Of a DNA stretch of 64,000 bases, positions 49,627 to 63,214 are shown one piece after another (position 1 is the stretch's first letter; each line of letters begins with the position of its first letter). The notes below the pieces were generated by a model that saw only the letters and a list, made by a program, of their open reading frames with translations, was not told the origin of the DNA and did no database searches. The stretch is from the NCBI RefSeq assembly GCF_018350175.1, contig NC_058368.1, positions 120,034,001-120,098,000 of the forward strand. The letters are read 5' to 3'. This stretch comes from Felis catus. Lineage: Eukaryota. The position numbers and the translations under genes are program-made.

Positions 49627-49835
49627 GGGGCACCTAGGTGGCTCAGTCAGTTGAGTGTCTGCCTCTTGATTTCGGTTCAGGTCGTGATGCCATGCTTTTG
49701 TGAGTTTAAGCCCCGCGTTGGGCTCTGCACTGACAACACGGAGCCTGATTGTCATTCTCCCTCTTTCTTTGCCCCTCCCCTGCTCTCTCTGTCTCTCTCA
49801 AAATAAATAAATAAGTTTAAAAAAAATTTAAAAAC
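49627..49835 (+). mobile_element. Can-SINE
   Basis: Head, CT tract and tail. Confidence 0.92.
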
Positions 49836-50529
49836 AATGTCCCCCAATAGGGCAGACTATAGATATGGCTCTTGTTCAGCTTCGTAATTACTAGAAACAT
49901 GTTCCATGGTATTAATCACCACTGCTGTATTCAGAGACTGAAATCCAAAAGCAGCTTCCATTGATTTGATAAGTCACCGAGTTACATCTCGTAACCGTTC
50001 CCAACTCCAGTGTTCTGTTCACCGTCTCTTTCCACTGAGGCCAAGTAGAGAGTCAAGAACTTATCTGGGAAATGTGATTAATGGTGACATGGTTCAGAAC
50101 AAAATCCTACTTCATTATCAGTAGGAGGTGTTGCTCTTTAGGTCTGGAGTTCCTGAATAATTGTTTCAGCTCATTCCATTTGTCCTTTGAAGGCACAGGG
50201 AAGCAATTTGATAAGAAAAAATCTTCCCCAGGGGACGCATGTATATTAGTTAAGAGAACATCAATAGAATGTCTTCACCTTTCACATCTTTGGCATCTGA
50301 TAATCTCAGTAATGTTAATAAAAATCTCTTGGAGCGGGGGCTGTAGAAGATGAAGTGATATTTCATGCAGGCAAAAGCAGAGAGTAGAGAGGAGTAGCCT
50401 TAGCAGTGAGAGGAGGCTGGAGTCTCTGCAAGTTTGGGGAGCAGAGGAAAGAAATCCAACATGACAGTGGAGGCTGCATCTTTCCTCAATGGGGAGGAAA
50501 TAGGAGGGGACACGTAATATTAAGTGGAT

Positions 50530-50750
50530 GGGGCTCCTGGGCGGCTCAGTCAGTTAAGCGTCCGACTTAGGCCCAGGTCGTAATCTCACAGTCCATGAGT
50601 TTGAGCCCCATGTCAGCTCTGTGCTAACAGCTCAGAGCCTAGATGCCTGCTACAGATTCTGTGTCTTCCTCTCTGTCTGCCCCTCCCCTGCCTGCACTCT
50701 GTCTCTGTCTCTGTCTCTCTCTCAAAAATAAACACTAAAAAAAAAATAAG
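50530..50750 (+). mobile_element. Can-SINE
   Basis: Degenerate TSD gtaatattaagtgg/gtgatgttaagtgg. Confidence 0.92.
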
Positions 50751-51227
50751 AGAGTGATGTTAAGTGGTGAGTGGCAAGGCAAGTGGTGCCGGGGAAAGCA
50801 GCTTTCTTTTTCTTTTTAGTTTTGTACAGAAGTAGAGAAAGGAGTGGGAAATAATTTGAAGGTCTAAAGGGTGATGAAGATTGAATACAGCAAAAAGGAG
50901 GACATAGGGATCATAACAGAACACTTTTCACTTTGTGATCAAGTACAAAGGAGAAAAATCCAAACTGACCATGGAACAGTATACGGTATTGTTGCCCAAA
51001 CCTTCCTTTTGTTACTGATTTAGCCACCAATACACCAATCAGGGCCCGCCCTCCAGATGCACCACGAGTCCAGGGTAGTATGTATCGAAAATAACGCCAC
51101 TTGGTAAATTTATAATTTTTAATGTAAAAGCCCAGAGTAGTTGTAAATTTGACTCATTGCCTTATGCCCTTCATACCATGCAAAGAATTGAAGCCATAGC
51201 CATGATACAAGCTCAAACAGACAGGTT

Positions 51228-51442
51228 TTTTTTTTTTTAATGTTTATTTATTTTTGAGAGAGAGAGAGAGACAGAGTGCGAGCATGGGAGGGGTAGAGAC
51301 AGAAGGAGGCACAGGATCTGAAGCAGGCTCCAGGCTCTGAGCTATCGGCACAGAGCCCGATGTGGGGCTCGAACTCACAAACTGTGAGATCCTGACCTGA
51401 GCCAAAGTCGACGCTTAACCAACTGAGCCACCCAGGTGCCCC
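51228..51442 (-). mobile_element. Can-SINE
   Basis: TSD ctcaaac(a/t)gacaggttttt. Confidence 0.95.
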
Positions 51443-51999
51443 TCAAACTGACAGGTTTTTACAAAAGTCTTGCAAGTTGCAAGATGATAATAAAATGCCA
51501 AGGCCTTACCCATCAATCCTGTCTTCTACATACAACTTCGTGATTTTGTTCTGGACTACTTCACCATTATTCTGCTTTTTTTGAAAAAAAAATTCTTTCC
51601 CAATATATATAGTTTCTGGCGTCCTGTATGTATGTTGGTGGTCGGCTTCTCCCCACCACAGTTTATGCTCCTCGGTGTCAGGGACTTTGTTCACTGCTGG
51701 TTCCCAACACGTGGAACAGTATGAGGCACAGAGTTGGGATTACTAAATTGGTGTGTAATAAACTGTTGTGTAAATAGCAATCCCTTCATTTTTCTAAGAA
51801 CTTTATTTTTTTTCATTTGGCATCATTACCCGGAAATTCAGCTGGTTGCTATACGTGTAACTATTCCAGTCCTTTTCATTGCTGAGTAGATTTCCTTGTT
51901 ATGGATGTTCTGTAGTTTATTTACTTGTTCACTACCCCCCTGCCCCCTTTTTTTTGGTTTTTGTTTTTTTGTTTGTTTGTTTGGTTGGTTGGTTAAAAC

Positions 52000-52230
52000 A
52001 TTTTTTTTTTACAATTTTTTTAATGTTTATTTTTTCTTGAGAGAGAGAGAGACAGAGACAGAGCATGAGTGGGAGAGGGTCAGACAGAGAGAGAGACACA
52101 GAATCCAAAGCAGTCTCCAGGCTCTGAGCTGTCAGCACAGAGCCCAATGTGGGGCTCAGACTCACACGCTGTGAGATCATGACCTGAGCCCAAGTCGGAC
52201 GCTTCACCGACTGAGCCACCGAGGCGCCCC
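52000..52230 (-). mobile_element. Can-SINE inserted in the tail of the next SINE
   Basis: Full body; abuts taagattttatttttaagtaatctctacaccc. Confidence 0.92.
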
Positions 52231-52335
52231 TAAGATTTTATTTTTAAGTAATCTCTACACCCAACCTGGGGCTTGAATTCACACCCTCGAGTTGAAGTGG
52301 TGCACACTCTACTGACTGAGCCAGGCAGGCACCCC
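52231..52335 (-). mobile_element. Short Can-SINE subtype
   Basis: aagtaatctctacacccaac...gactgagccaggcaggcacccc. Confidence 0.85.
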
Positions 52336-54029
52336 TATGTGCTCACTTTTCGAAGGAAATGTGGGCAGGTTACAGTTTGGAGATATTATGAATAAATCTG
52401 CTTTTGTGTTTACTTTTTTGTGGAAATATAAGTATTCATTTCCCTGAGGATGAATGCTCCAAGCTACAACTACTGGGACCCGTGGTAGCTGCATGCTTCA
52501 TTTTCCAAGGGCCTAACAAACTGTTGTCCAGGGTGACTGTAACATCTTATATTTCTTCCAGCAATATAGGAGTGCTTCCGTTTCTCTACATCCTTGACAG
52601 CTTTTGGTGTTCTCACTATTTTTTTCACTTCAGCTATTCTGGTAGGACTGCAAGTGATATCTTATTGTGGTTTTAATTTACATCTCCCTGGCGGCCAGTG
52701 ATGCTGAGCATCTTTTCAGGTGCTTATTTACCATGTTGATGTCTTCTGTAGTGAAATACTATTCATTTTTTCCCCCAGTTTTTTTCCCCCCAGTTTTTAA
52801 TTGTACTGTTTTTATTACTGTTAATTTTGTTTTCCAGTGTGGTTTTCTTTTTTTGTTTTTAGGTGTTGTTTTGTTTTGTTTTTGAGGACTCCCATATTAA
52901 GAGACTTGACCACATTCTTGTGGGGGTAAAAATCTTGGCCACAAAACACAGCAGGCTGCTCACTGAGACTGGTCCTCATTTACCGTCCGCCTGCCTGATC
53001 CACTGTCTCTGTGATGGGAAGGGGAGTTTGGGGGCCTGAACGAACAAAGTGGCTCTGTAGCCTGAGGTCCTTCCTCTTGCTGGTAGCACTTACCACCTGG
53101 GTACCACTTGGCATAAAGGGGGAGTCCCTGACCAGGATGAGAAGGAGAGTGCTTTCCCTGGATGCTTATTTTTAGTGAGACTCCTAATGGATCCTCCTGA
53201 TCATTGGTGTCAGGTGTGCCTGATGTCATCAAGAGACTTCCATTCCATCTGGGGGATGAAAAGAACCTACGTGGGCTGCCTTCTGCTAAGTCAGGGGTCG
53301 GGGAATCCCATGTCTGTGTGGTCTCCTATCGGATGGGCCACGAAGATCCCCTCCCAGTGTCACTTCTCCAATTTCATCATCCCAAACCAGCTCAGCTTCT
53401 CAGCTCTGCTCAGACTGCTACCTCTCTTTCCTGTTATACCATTTTTGGGGTTTATAGTTGTCATTAGTGGGGAGTAGCTTGGTAAAAAATGGGTCTGCGC
53501 TATCTTGTCTGGACTGCAAGTTAAAAAAGAACTCTTTATTTTGAAATAATTGAAGATTCACAGGACGTTGGAAAGAAATAGACAGGGAGATTTTGTGATC
53601 CTTTACTCAGCATCCTCAATGTTGTGTATAACTACACTATAAAAGCTAAATATTAAAGCTAAAAATTTGACCTTGGTACAACTCCTAGAGCTTAATTACA
53701 TTTTACCATTTATATATGCATTTCTTTGTAAGTGTGGTTTGTGCGTATGGCTCTCTGTAGTTAGATCTCCCTTGTAGCTTCATGTAACCCATACTGTAGT
53801 CAAGATAGTTAACTTTGTACCTTTTAAAGAAATATCTATTCTTTCTCCCCCATTCCTAACTTTTGGCAATCCGTGATGTGTTCTCCATTTCTACAATTGT
53901 GCTATTTCACAAATATTTTATCAATGGAATCATGAAGTATATATCTTTTTGAGGTGAGCTTTTTTTTTTTTGCTCAGCAAAAGTTCCTTGAGGTTCATTT
54001 GAGTTACTGTATGCAGCCAAAGTGTGTCT

Positions 54030-54237
54030 TTTTTTTTTTTAAGTTTGCTTATTTATTTTGGCAGAGAGAGAGAGAGAGCACAGGGGAGGGGCAGAGAGAG
54101 AGGGACAGAATCCCAAGCAGGCTTCACACTGTCAGCATAGAGCCTGATGCAGGGCTGGAACACAGGAACCATAAGATCCTGACCCCAGCTGAAATCAAGA
54201 GTTGGACACTTAACTCAATGAGCCATCCAGGTGCCCC
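54030..54237 (-). mobile_element. Can-SINE
   Basis: Degenerate TSD aaag(t)gtgtc(t/c)tttt. Confidence 0.92.
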
Positions 54238-54697
54238 AAAGGTGTCCTTTTTTATTGCTTTGTAGTATTGCATAGTATTGCATGGTATGAATATACAGTT
54301 TGTTTAACCATTCACCCATTGAAGGACACTTGTGTAGTTTCCAGGTTTTGATTATTTTGAGTAGAGCTGATACACATATTTGTGTACATGTTTCTGCATG
54401 AAAATAAGTTTTCATTTCGCTGGGATATATGACCAAGATTGCAATTGCTAGCTTGTATGGTAAGTTCATTTTTAATTTTAAAGGTAACTCTATAATTATT
54501 TTCCAGAGTGACTTTACCATTTTACACTCTCACTGCCAGCGTATGAGTGATTGAGCTTTCTTGCATCTTGATAGTATTTGGTATAGTCACTATTTTTCTG
54601 ATTTTAGTCTAATAGGTGTGAATTCATATATCACTGTGGTTTTACTTCCGTTTCTCTCATGACTGATGATGTTGAACATGAGTTCATGTATTTACTT

Positions 54698-54902
54698 GTT
54701 TTTTTTTTTAATGTTTATTTATTTTTAAGAGAGAGTGCTAGCTGGGGAGGGGCAGAGAGAGAGGGAGACACAGAATCCAAAGCAGGCTCCAGGCTCTGAG
54801 CTGTCAGCACAGAGCCTGACGCGGGGCTCGAACTCACAAACTGCAAGATCATGACCCCCGTCGAAGTAGGTCGCCCAACCAACTGAGCCATCCAGGTGTC
54901 CC
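54698..54902 (-). mobile_element. Can-SINE
   Basis: T tail, body and head. Confidence 0.92.
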
Positions 54903-55105
54903 GATGAGATCCAATATTTAAATTTTATCCTTTTATGGATTATGTATTTGGTATCACTGTAAACTCTTTACCTATTCATAGCTACAGAAGATTCTTTCCT
55001 ATGCTGTTTTGTTCATTCTTGTGGAAGCTTCATAGTTTGATGTTTTACATTGGTACTTATGATCCATTTTGCATTATATGTTGTATAAAGTGTGCTGTTG
55101 AGGTC

Positions 55106-55141
<36 letters not shown>

Positions 55142-56074
55142 TATGGATGTCCGGTTGCTCTAACAAACAGCATTTATTAAAAAGGATTTCCATCCTCCGT
55201 TGAATTGCTTTTGCTAATTTGCTTATTTACATTTGGTGCCATTCCTCATCTGCCACTGCAGGCCTCTCAGGCAGTAGCTAAGGATTCAAACATCCTGGCC
55301 CACCAGGACAGATGTGCTGTCTGTAACTAGATCCCCTCTTGTTTGAACTGAGGGTCATGTGGGGCAACAGAGAGGAGAAAAACAGCAGCCCCTTTTTCTT
55401 CAGAAAGAGTTGGAGATTTGGCGCAGTCTTCCATTGCCTCCGTCAGAACTTGACTGAGGCCAATTAGTGTTCAGCTCAGTGAATAGTTATTTTCCTTGAT
55501 CTTTGTCTTTTTGCTTATAAAGTTCCGGGATCTTCAAAGGGATTTAACTCTCGTCACTCATTGGATTTTTGCTGTCTCAATGTAACAGACATTATTGCCG
55601 GGTTAATATTATTAGGCTAGAGTGTTCTCAATATTGCTTTTTTATAGCTGTCTTTATTCATCATTTTATTTTCTATGCTTACGAATGTTGGGGCAAGTGG
55701 CCTAAGTTTTGTTTGCCTATTCACATATTCTCTTTGGCTGATATTCTTGATGTGTCTGTGCTGAGGGAGATAAGAGGGGATTTTGTTAGACTTTCTCTTT
55801 GGCATTTTTTTTAGTAACACATGACAATACTGTTAGATAATGAAGTGCCTAGCTAGTACAATCCTGAAATTGTAATCTGAAACCATTTCTGTGTCTCAAA
55901 GAGCTTAGATGATAATACCTGGATCAGTGGGAATTTGAAGAGTATTTTAGAACTGCTTTTCTCTTGACCACCTCCTGAGAAAAAGAACACTTGGGCGAGT
56001 CAGTAAGAAGATAGGGGCAAACATACATAAACACGTTAGAGTTTTAATTTTAGAAGTTTTAAGAGATAGCATTT

Positions 56075-56111
56075 AAAATACCTGTTAAATAAAAAAAAAT
56101 ACCTGTTAAAT
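56075..56111 (+). repeat. 16-bp direct repeat flanking five A's (TSD-like)
   Basis: aaaatacctgttaaat at 56075-56090 and 56096-56111. Confidence 0.85.
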
Positions 56112-58449
56112 TCTGGGGTATTTCCAATGGAGTAGTATTTATTCCATAAGCAGAGGATTTGGCTCTTGTCAGGGTACTAATGTGCCCTTACATACTTCTG
56201 TGTTGGGGGAAGGGGAAGATTAGAATTTTCCTTTAGACTATTCTCAGACATGACTCTACCCCAGGAGCTGGATGGGGGCTATGGTGGTGGCCTGAGTGCC
56301 CAGAGTGAACTGGGATCCACAGAGATGCTCTGCCCCATCAGAGCCTGCTCGTGTCATGGATTTATATTCTGCCAGATTGTCTACCCAGTTATACCCTTTT
56401 TTTAATCAGTTACTCAATGATCCTTTTATATACCAACTTCATACTACTGTCATGGTGCTTATTATATAGGTGTTTATGTATAGAGTATATGTTATATATA
56501 ATTCTAACATATAATAATTCATCACATGCATATTATTCTACTATAACTACATTTATTGTTTTTATCCTACTGCTGGACTTTAGATTCCTCCAAAAGGAAA
56601 TCTGTGTCACATATTAATTTTCTATCCATGACGTTTGGCACAGCGCTTGACTCAATAGATGATTTGGAATGAATGTATCCAATGCATATTATTTTCTGCC
56701 ACACCACTCCTAACAATTCTAGTTCATGGGGAAGGTTGGTTTCTTTCAATTCTTACAAGTTATTGACCATACCACAAATTCTATTTCTCCTTTGGCACTC
56801 CCCTGTATTACTCTACAGTGATTGTCACTATAGTCACCTGCAGAGCCAGGTAGATTCCACCCAAGGTTTCGTTTGATGTTGAGTTTGCTTTATGGTCATA
56901 CCCTTGCAGTGTTAGCTTCTGACTTGCTAGTGGGGCACATACTCAGAGATATCTGTTTTCCTTGCTCTATCAAGCCATTTCAAACCTACTTGAGACGGCT
57001 TCCCTGCTGTCCCCAGGGACTTCAATTATATAAGTAACAAACATTTTCTTAGCTGTGTGTGTGTATGGCATCATGTCTTGACATCAGAATAATGTCTGTG
57101 GGTAGGGGTATGTATGTTTCGGCAGATAACCATAACAGCTACTTATTTTTGTGTTTGAGTATTCTATCAATATTACCCTAAGTCCATCTGTCTTGGCAGA
57201 TAAGATATTGGGTCCATCCTGTCTTGGTGAATAATAATAAGCTACCTTTGACAGAGTCATCCATCATGTGTTGGTTCTTTTACATGACACAAGCAAAAGT
57301 TTTAAGGTATTAATACGTTGATTTTTTTCCTACCTCTTCCCATCTCACTGAATCCCTTATACTCTGTGAGGTATTTTCTGCCCTCACAGTGAATAGTTAA
57401 GCGTGATTGAGTACCCCTAGTAGTAAGTCAGGAGCTAAAACTGCAAATGTGCAACTATCAAACACATCAGCAAAACTCACTGGGTTAAGCAAGTGACAAA
57501 GATTTAAAGTCAAGGAGAGGAAGATGAAGAAGAAAAATCATATGGGAGGAGAAAGTAACATTTTGAGACTCCACCTCTCTGGGCTGAGAACTGCCCTCTG
57601 TAGGGCTGTTGGGAGGAAGGAGTGTTTGCACCAGGTTGTTCTTCCTGAGGCTTTCCATGGAATTCCAGTTAAAACTAATGACCAGCTAATTACCTGGTAG
57701 ATTATCCGTGGTTCTCTAGATGTTTGTCTTTGCCTCTCACTGGTTCTCAATCCCTTATCTGACCTATCCCTTTTGGACTACTTCTTTTCTAATAGCCCTG
57801 AAGATTCACAAATGTTTCTTTTTTCCAACTGGTATCTTAGATTTTTTTAGGAATAATAAAGACAAGGGAGGAGGGAAGTGAAATTTCACCCTGAATAGAG
57901 TAGAAATGAACCAATGTAAAAAGAACGACTCAAAATAAATAATTTCCCATGGTCACAAAAATTCCACAGGGTACATAGTCTTAGCCCCAGTTTCCAGATG
58001 AAGAAGTAATTATCATAAAGTATTTCTTATTGCTAAGTTCTAATTCTTTAATGCTATAGAATTTTTACTTCTTATCCTTCTCTTTTCCCTTGTTTTTTTT
58101 CTCTTTCTACCCCAATCTCATTTTTTTCTTGCCCTTTTTCTGTCTTCCTCTCTTCCTTTCTTTCTGCCTGCTTACCTGTCCCTCTTTTTCTTCCTGCCTT
58201 TTTTTCATTCTTGTCATGTACTCATCATCGGTCATGTTGTATGTCCTTAATGCTACAGACACCAAGACAAATAAGAGACATGTATAATCCTCAAGGGTGT
58301 TCAAAGTTGATTAAATCTTAGAGAAAATAGAATTTCCCTTATTGTGGTGTGTAGGAGTTTCAGAGTCTAAGCAACAGACTCATTTTCCTCCTCAGCATCT
58401 TCAAGAAGCAGGGGGTGGAATAGAGTGTGACAAAATTTTTATAGCCATA

Positions 58450-61400
58450 GTAGGGCATCAGTTTTTATCAGAGCTACCTGATGCTCATGGGCGGAATTCA
58501 CTTTTACATCTGCAGGCTACAAGGTGGGGTGATGTAGCTAATGGTTCCCCTTAAATCCATTTCCTATAGAAACAATTCCTTGGGTCCAGGATTAGTGTTG
58601 GAAGGATCCATTTAAAAATTTCTGGTAATATGTTTTACCCATGGTGGTAAACTATTAAACTAATTAACTAATAAACTAACTTCCAAGCCTCAGGGACTTC
58701 AGTCATGAAACTTGAATGAGGAACCCTTATAAATTAGGTTCTTTGACCTTTGCCAGAAATGTCACTTGTATTTGCTACCACTTTCACAAAGGTTGTTGTT
58801 GCTTTAGACAGTCCACTAAAAAACTACCACAATGACGCCATGTCAGTAAAAACACAGACTTTTTAGTTCTGAGAAATAAGCCCCATTCAGTTTTTCTTAG
58901 GATTCAGTCTGTCTGTAAGAAGCCATTCCTTCATTAAGAATAGAAGTCGTATTGGCCCCAGGTGCCATTACACAGGATGTGGAAGCTATAAAGTAATCTA
59001 TTCACAAATCCTCTAAAACCAAACATTAATTCCTTTTGCTAAAGGAATCTTTAACATATTAAAGCATTTTTTTTTGCACATGCACAATTAACTGATTAAG
59101 CTACCAAATATGCAATTATCCAATTATGAGGAAGGGGGAAAAATTAAGATTAGATACGGCTTTTGCTAGAAAAAGTAATTAAATTGTTACATCAAGAAGA
59201 CATGGATGATATTGAAATCAAAGAAACAGAAGAGATGGGAAATGTTTTACCACACATAAAAGAACAGAGATGGGAAAGAAATGGTTTGATGAGACTAGGA
59301 GAGGGGGAGAAAGAAAGGACTGAAAAGAGGAAGGGGGGAGAAAGAGATAGGAAAGAGGGTGGAAAAGCTTATTGTAATATACCAATGCATATAATTGGAA
59401 CACTCAATAATGTATGTGTATTTCCCTAAGTTTATTTTTTTTGTTTGTTTGTTTCTGGACAATTTAATATATGAGACAAATAAACCACTTCCTGGACAAA
59501 ATCCTGGAGAGCATTCTTTGGAGCACAATTGTTTTAAGACAAATAATCAAAGATAGTAATAGGTCCTGCATGTCTGCTCTTTGTTTCCTTTTGAGTTATA
59601 AGCAAAATCTAAAAAAGTGTCTGGAAGAGCTGTATTTTTCCAGAGGAAGTACCTCATGATGGCCTGAAGCTCAGTTTATGGGGAGATGGTAAATCATGTA
59701 GGCAAGGATCGTCTTCGGAAAATTTTCAGCCTATCCTCTTTCTCTTTTCTGTGTGCATTTATTCAAGCAACATGTATTAAACACTTATGGTATGTCATGT
59801 GCCAGGGCTGGCCACTGGTCATAGATGTAGTGGTTAGGAGGATCAGCATTTTCTCTGCCTTAATGGGGCTCCCCCTTTCTCCTTACATGAATGACTTCTC
59901 CCTTCCCTTCCCAATTTCTAGTGTAGTGCAAGTCATAGGTTTTGAAAGCTGTTTAGATCCTACAGAAAATTATAAATGAACCATTCGATATGTTTACCTT
60001 GAGGATTGTGTCCAGACCTCTTTTTAACAGTAACCTGTGCTTTTTAGCAACCATGAAGAGTTCCCTGATATCTGAAACTTGTATGCATTTACAACCTTGG
60101 AAGGTTTAGCTTTGGGACTCTGAGTGTTTTGTTTGCTTATTTTGTATTTTCCTTCTAGCGAAGATGCCATCCTTTTTTTACTCTTGGTACACCTGAGATG
60201 TCATGGATTACCTAATAGAGCATGTACTTTCAGAGACATGCCACATGATTAAGGGCTTCATTTCCAGAGAAACCAAGCCTTCGCCAGAAAATAGGTCAAC
60301 TATTCTAAGTTCTTTTGACTAGTGGGAAGTTGAGGCCACAATACCTGAGGCAGAGTTCTCTAGGAAGATAGAGGTCTGGAAAGGAAGAGTCTTCACTGGT
60401 ACCCAAATATTGGTTGAAAAAGTCATTAATCCACTTTGGGGATTTGGAAGTTAAGGTGAGGATAAAACTAATCTAAGTGCTATTTGGTAGCAAAGAAAAT
60501 GTACTATTAAAGATTCCAAAGCAAAAAGGAGGAAAAATTTATAGGCTTTAGGTTGCTAATGAACCTCTACTCCAAATTTGAGTGGTTAACCTTATGTAAT
60601 ATTGGTAGATCTCAAATATCACAGTTCCTAGGTCTTTCATTGGGTAAAATTAAAAAAAAAAATTCTGCAGAATTAAGTCTCAATCTATCTAAAGCCATTG
60701 CTCTCCTTAGATTCTCTCCTTCTTAGATTTCATATGTAATGTTAAGAACTAAATGAGATCACAGGAATAATGATTCATTTAGGGAAGGTCCTCCTGTGAT
60801 GGCTGCTGAGCTTGGCATTGCAAGGAGAATATTGGTTTATTGACCCCAGTCACAAATTAGTCCATATTCTTTGAACACATCTTGGAAATAGATTTATAAA
60901 GTCTCCTTTTTTTTTACCCTTCTCAATACAAGCTTCTATTCAACTGGCTGATTTGATTTCCTTTCTATACTGACACGAGTTATGGCTTTTAGGTGATCGA
61001 TCAAAAAAGCCACATCAATTTTACATCATTATTACTGTTGCTGTAATATTTGTGGTATGATAACTTCACATGTTTGTGAATTTAAATATCATTACCCTAG
61101 GTTTGGCTCTGGCCAAACATATGAAGCAAATGCGGGTAAGGTAGTAACAACAACTCAAACATCTTGAAATCTTTGGTGAATCTTACTTCCTCACTCCTAA
61201 TCTCTGCAGTAACCCTGTGGAGAAAGTATGTCAGCATATGTTGGAGTGGGGGATAGTTTCAGGGGCTCCCACTAAGTCCTTTTTACCATGGTAGCTCTCA
61301 CTCAGTGGGTCAAGGAACAAAATTGGAAGTTCTACTTTTTTCCACTCTAAGTTCTAGGACGAGAGGAAGAAACTACTTGGGTCAGTCTCCCATTGGACCC

Positions 61401-62448
61401 ACTGTGAGATGGTTTGGGGTCAAGAATAAATCACCCGTCTTCCATTAAGAACAGTAGATCATAGTTGTGTTTTGGGATCTTGGGGGATCAATTTCAGTGC
61501 AGAGTCAATATCTAATAATTCTCAGAGAGTCTGGTAAATGTTCATAGATTCCTTTAAGAAAGACTTGGATAAATGTTTATAGTACACATCGGTGGCCACT
61601 TGTTTGAGATTGTCCTCAGAGGAAGATATCTTCCACCATGCTCAAGAGAGTCTAGATTTATGAATTAGCTTATGTCTGAATACTGTATAAAAAGCCATGG
61701 TTAGCCCCAAAGATGTGAATTCGATTTCTTACCACACCACCAATACCTAGAAATTTCTTACATATATGAAGTAGAACTCAAAAAGCTACATATCTATTTA
61801 ATGCCTAATGATCTGATAGCCCATTAACCATGGCCATTTTATCACTATACATCAAAACACTCAAAGGTTCTGTTTCCCCTGTAGCTTATAACAGTAATTA
61901 TTTCCTGTAACTCTACTACTCCAGAATCCCATTGTTTCCACTGAGGTCAGAAAAGAAACTTCCTTTGCAACACTTCCATCATCTCTAGCCTAGGAGGACA
62001 GCCAACAAATTGTTTTCAAAGGAGACCAATGCCCCCTCATAGACACATTTTTAATACTTTGTTGAAGGCAGTGTCCTCTGGGTTCTTCTCTGGTTATGGT
62101 GGTTAGGATATGGATGAGCAGGTTACACACAGGTTTATTCTGTCATTCCCATCTCCCTGAGCATTCTGACTCCTTTATATATAGGTTCTGACATATCAAC
62201 TTCATTACCCTTAGGCAATTCCTGAATCTCATTTGAATTAGCCAGTCAAGCACAATATTAACTTTACTCCCAGTGAGGTGAGTATACCAATATCAATAAA
62301 TTTGCCCTAAATTAAGTTTCATATTTTGGTATATTTGGTCTAACACTATTAGTGTCTGCTCCCAGGCATGGTACCCCAACTTACTCCTTTCCCTTTGTGA
62401 AAATTGGCAATGTCCTAGAGTTTTGTTTTGACATATATACTATTTGAC

Positions 62449-62490
<42 letters not shown>

Positions 62491-63210
62491 TTATTTATCT
62501 ATATATATTCTTCCCAGACCAGGCTTTGAATTCTCTGTCTTGGCCATGCTAGGAGTTACCTTTTCTTTTTTCTTTCTTTCTTTTTTTCCTTTTATTCAGG
62601 ATATCTGTTTCTGTCCAAGAGACTTAGGGATGAAGGGATGTCACCCTCATCTTTGTTCTGCCTAAATGTAGCCTCCTCACCTAGCAGGGTCTTACTGCTT
62701 CTCCATTAGAGCCATTACATACAAGATCTGGTGCAGTTAAGCATTTAGTTGGTCTCCCAACTCAGTGTTACTTACAATCAGTCCCAGACATATCAGCTCT
62801 AGGACTCCTGGAAAAAGAGCACTACAGCAAAGGTATCATCACGGCTTTCTGATTTTCCACTTGAGTTATGAGCTGGGCAGTTAAAGATTCCAATTTTTCT
62901 TTTCTCAGGGCGACTGTTAGCTCTCCAGGGCTGTCAGAAGCAACTAACTAACCCCCAAAACATTCTAAACAATATTGTCACCATAGAAACTGAGTGCCAC
63001 AGCCACTTAATCTCCCAATCCCTTGTTTTCCATTTGCACTTCATGCCAAGCCATCTTCAGTTATACCCCAAATAATGATAATGCTACTGTGCCACATGGA
63101 ATACTGGTGTTTCATTTACCACCTACAAGGAAGGTATCTATGCTCTCCTTAAATATATAGGCAACTTAATCTCAGAATTCTGCTAGGACAGTTTATTTCC
63201 TCAGGCCCTT
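58450..63210 (-). mobile_element. Heavily decayed ERVL-type internal region (gag-pro-pol)
   Basis: Colinear motifs from manual translation: gag GVRMLREMGMTE (62138-62173); protease ELLDIDSALKLIPQDPK (61471-61521) and LTVGPMG (61388-61408); RT WEPLKL (61254-61271) and VVVTTLPAFASYVWPEP (61104-61154). The left boundary is uncertain. Confidence 0.7.
62449..62506. repeat. (TCTA)n microsatellite
   Basis: Seen directly in the sequence. Confidence 0.95.
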
Positions 63211-63214
63211 CCTA

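Larger units (their letters stand above)
51800..52830 (-). mobile_element. Old L1M 3' fragment interrupted by two stacked SINEs
   Basis: ttttcattgctgagtag...; gtggttttaatttacatctccctg...gatgctgagcatctttt. Confidence 0.75.
53530..55225 (-). mobile_element. Old L1M (L1MC-like) 3' region, interrupted by two SINEs
   Basis: ctttattttgaaataattgaagattcacagg terminus; ORF 54215-54520 resembles the ORF2 C-terminus (LPYKLAIAILVIYPSEMKTY...CPSMGEWLNKL). Confidence 0.8.

Noticed and set aside
60800..61100. Apparent Gypsy integrase-like peptide (EVIIPQILQQQ)
   Set aside because: Flanking motifs place this segment colinearly within ERVL RT; the resemblance is incidental.
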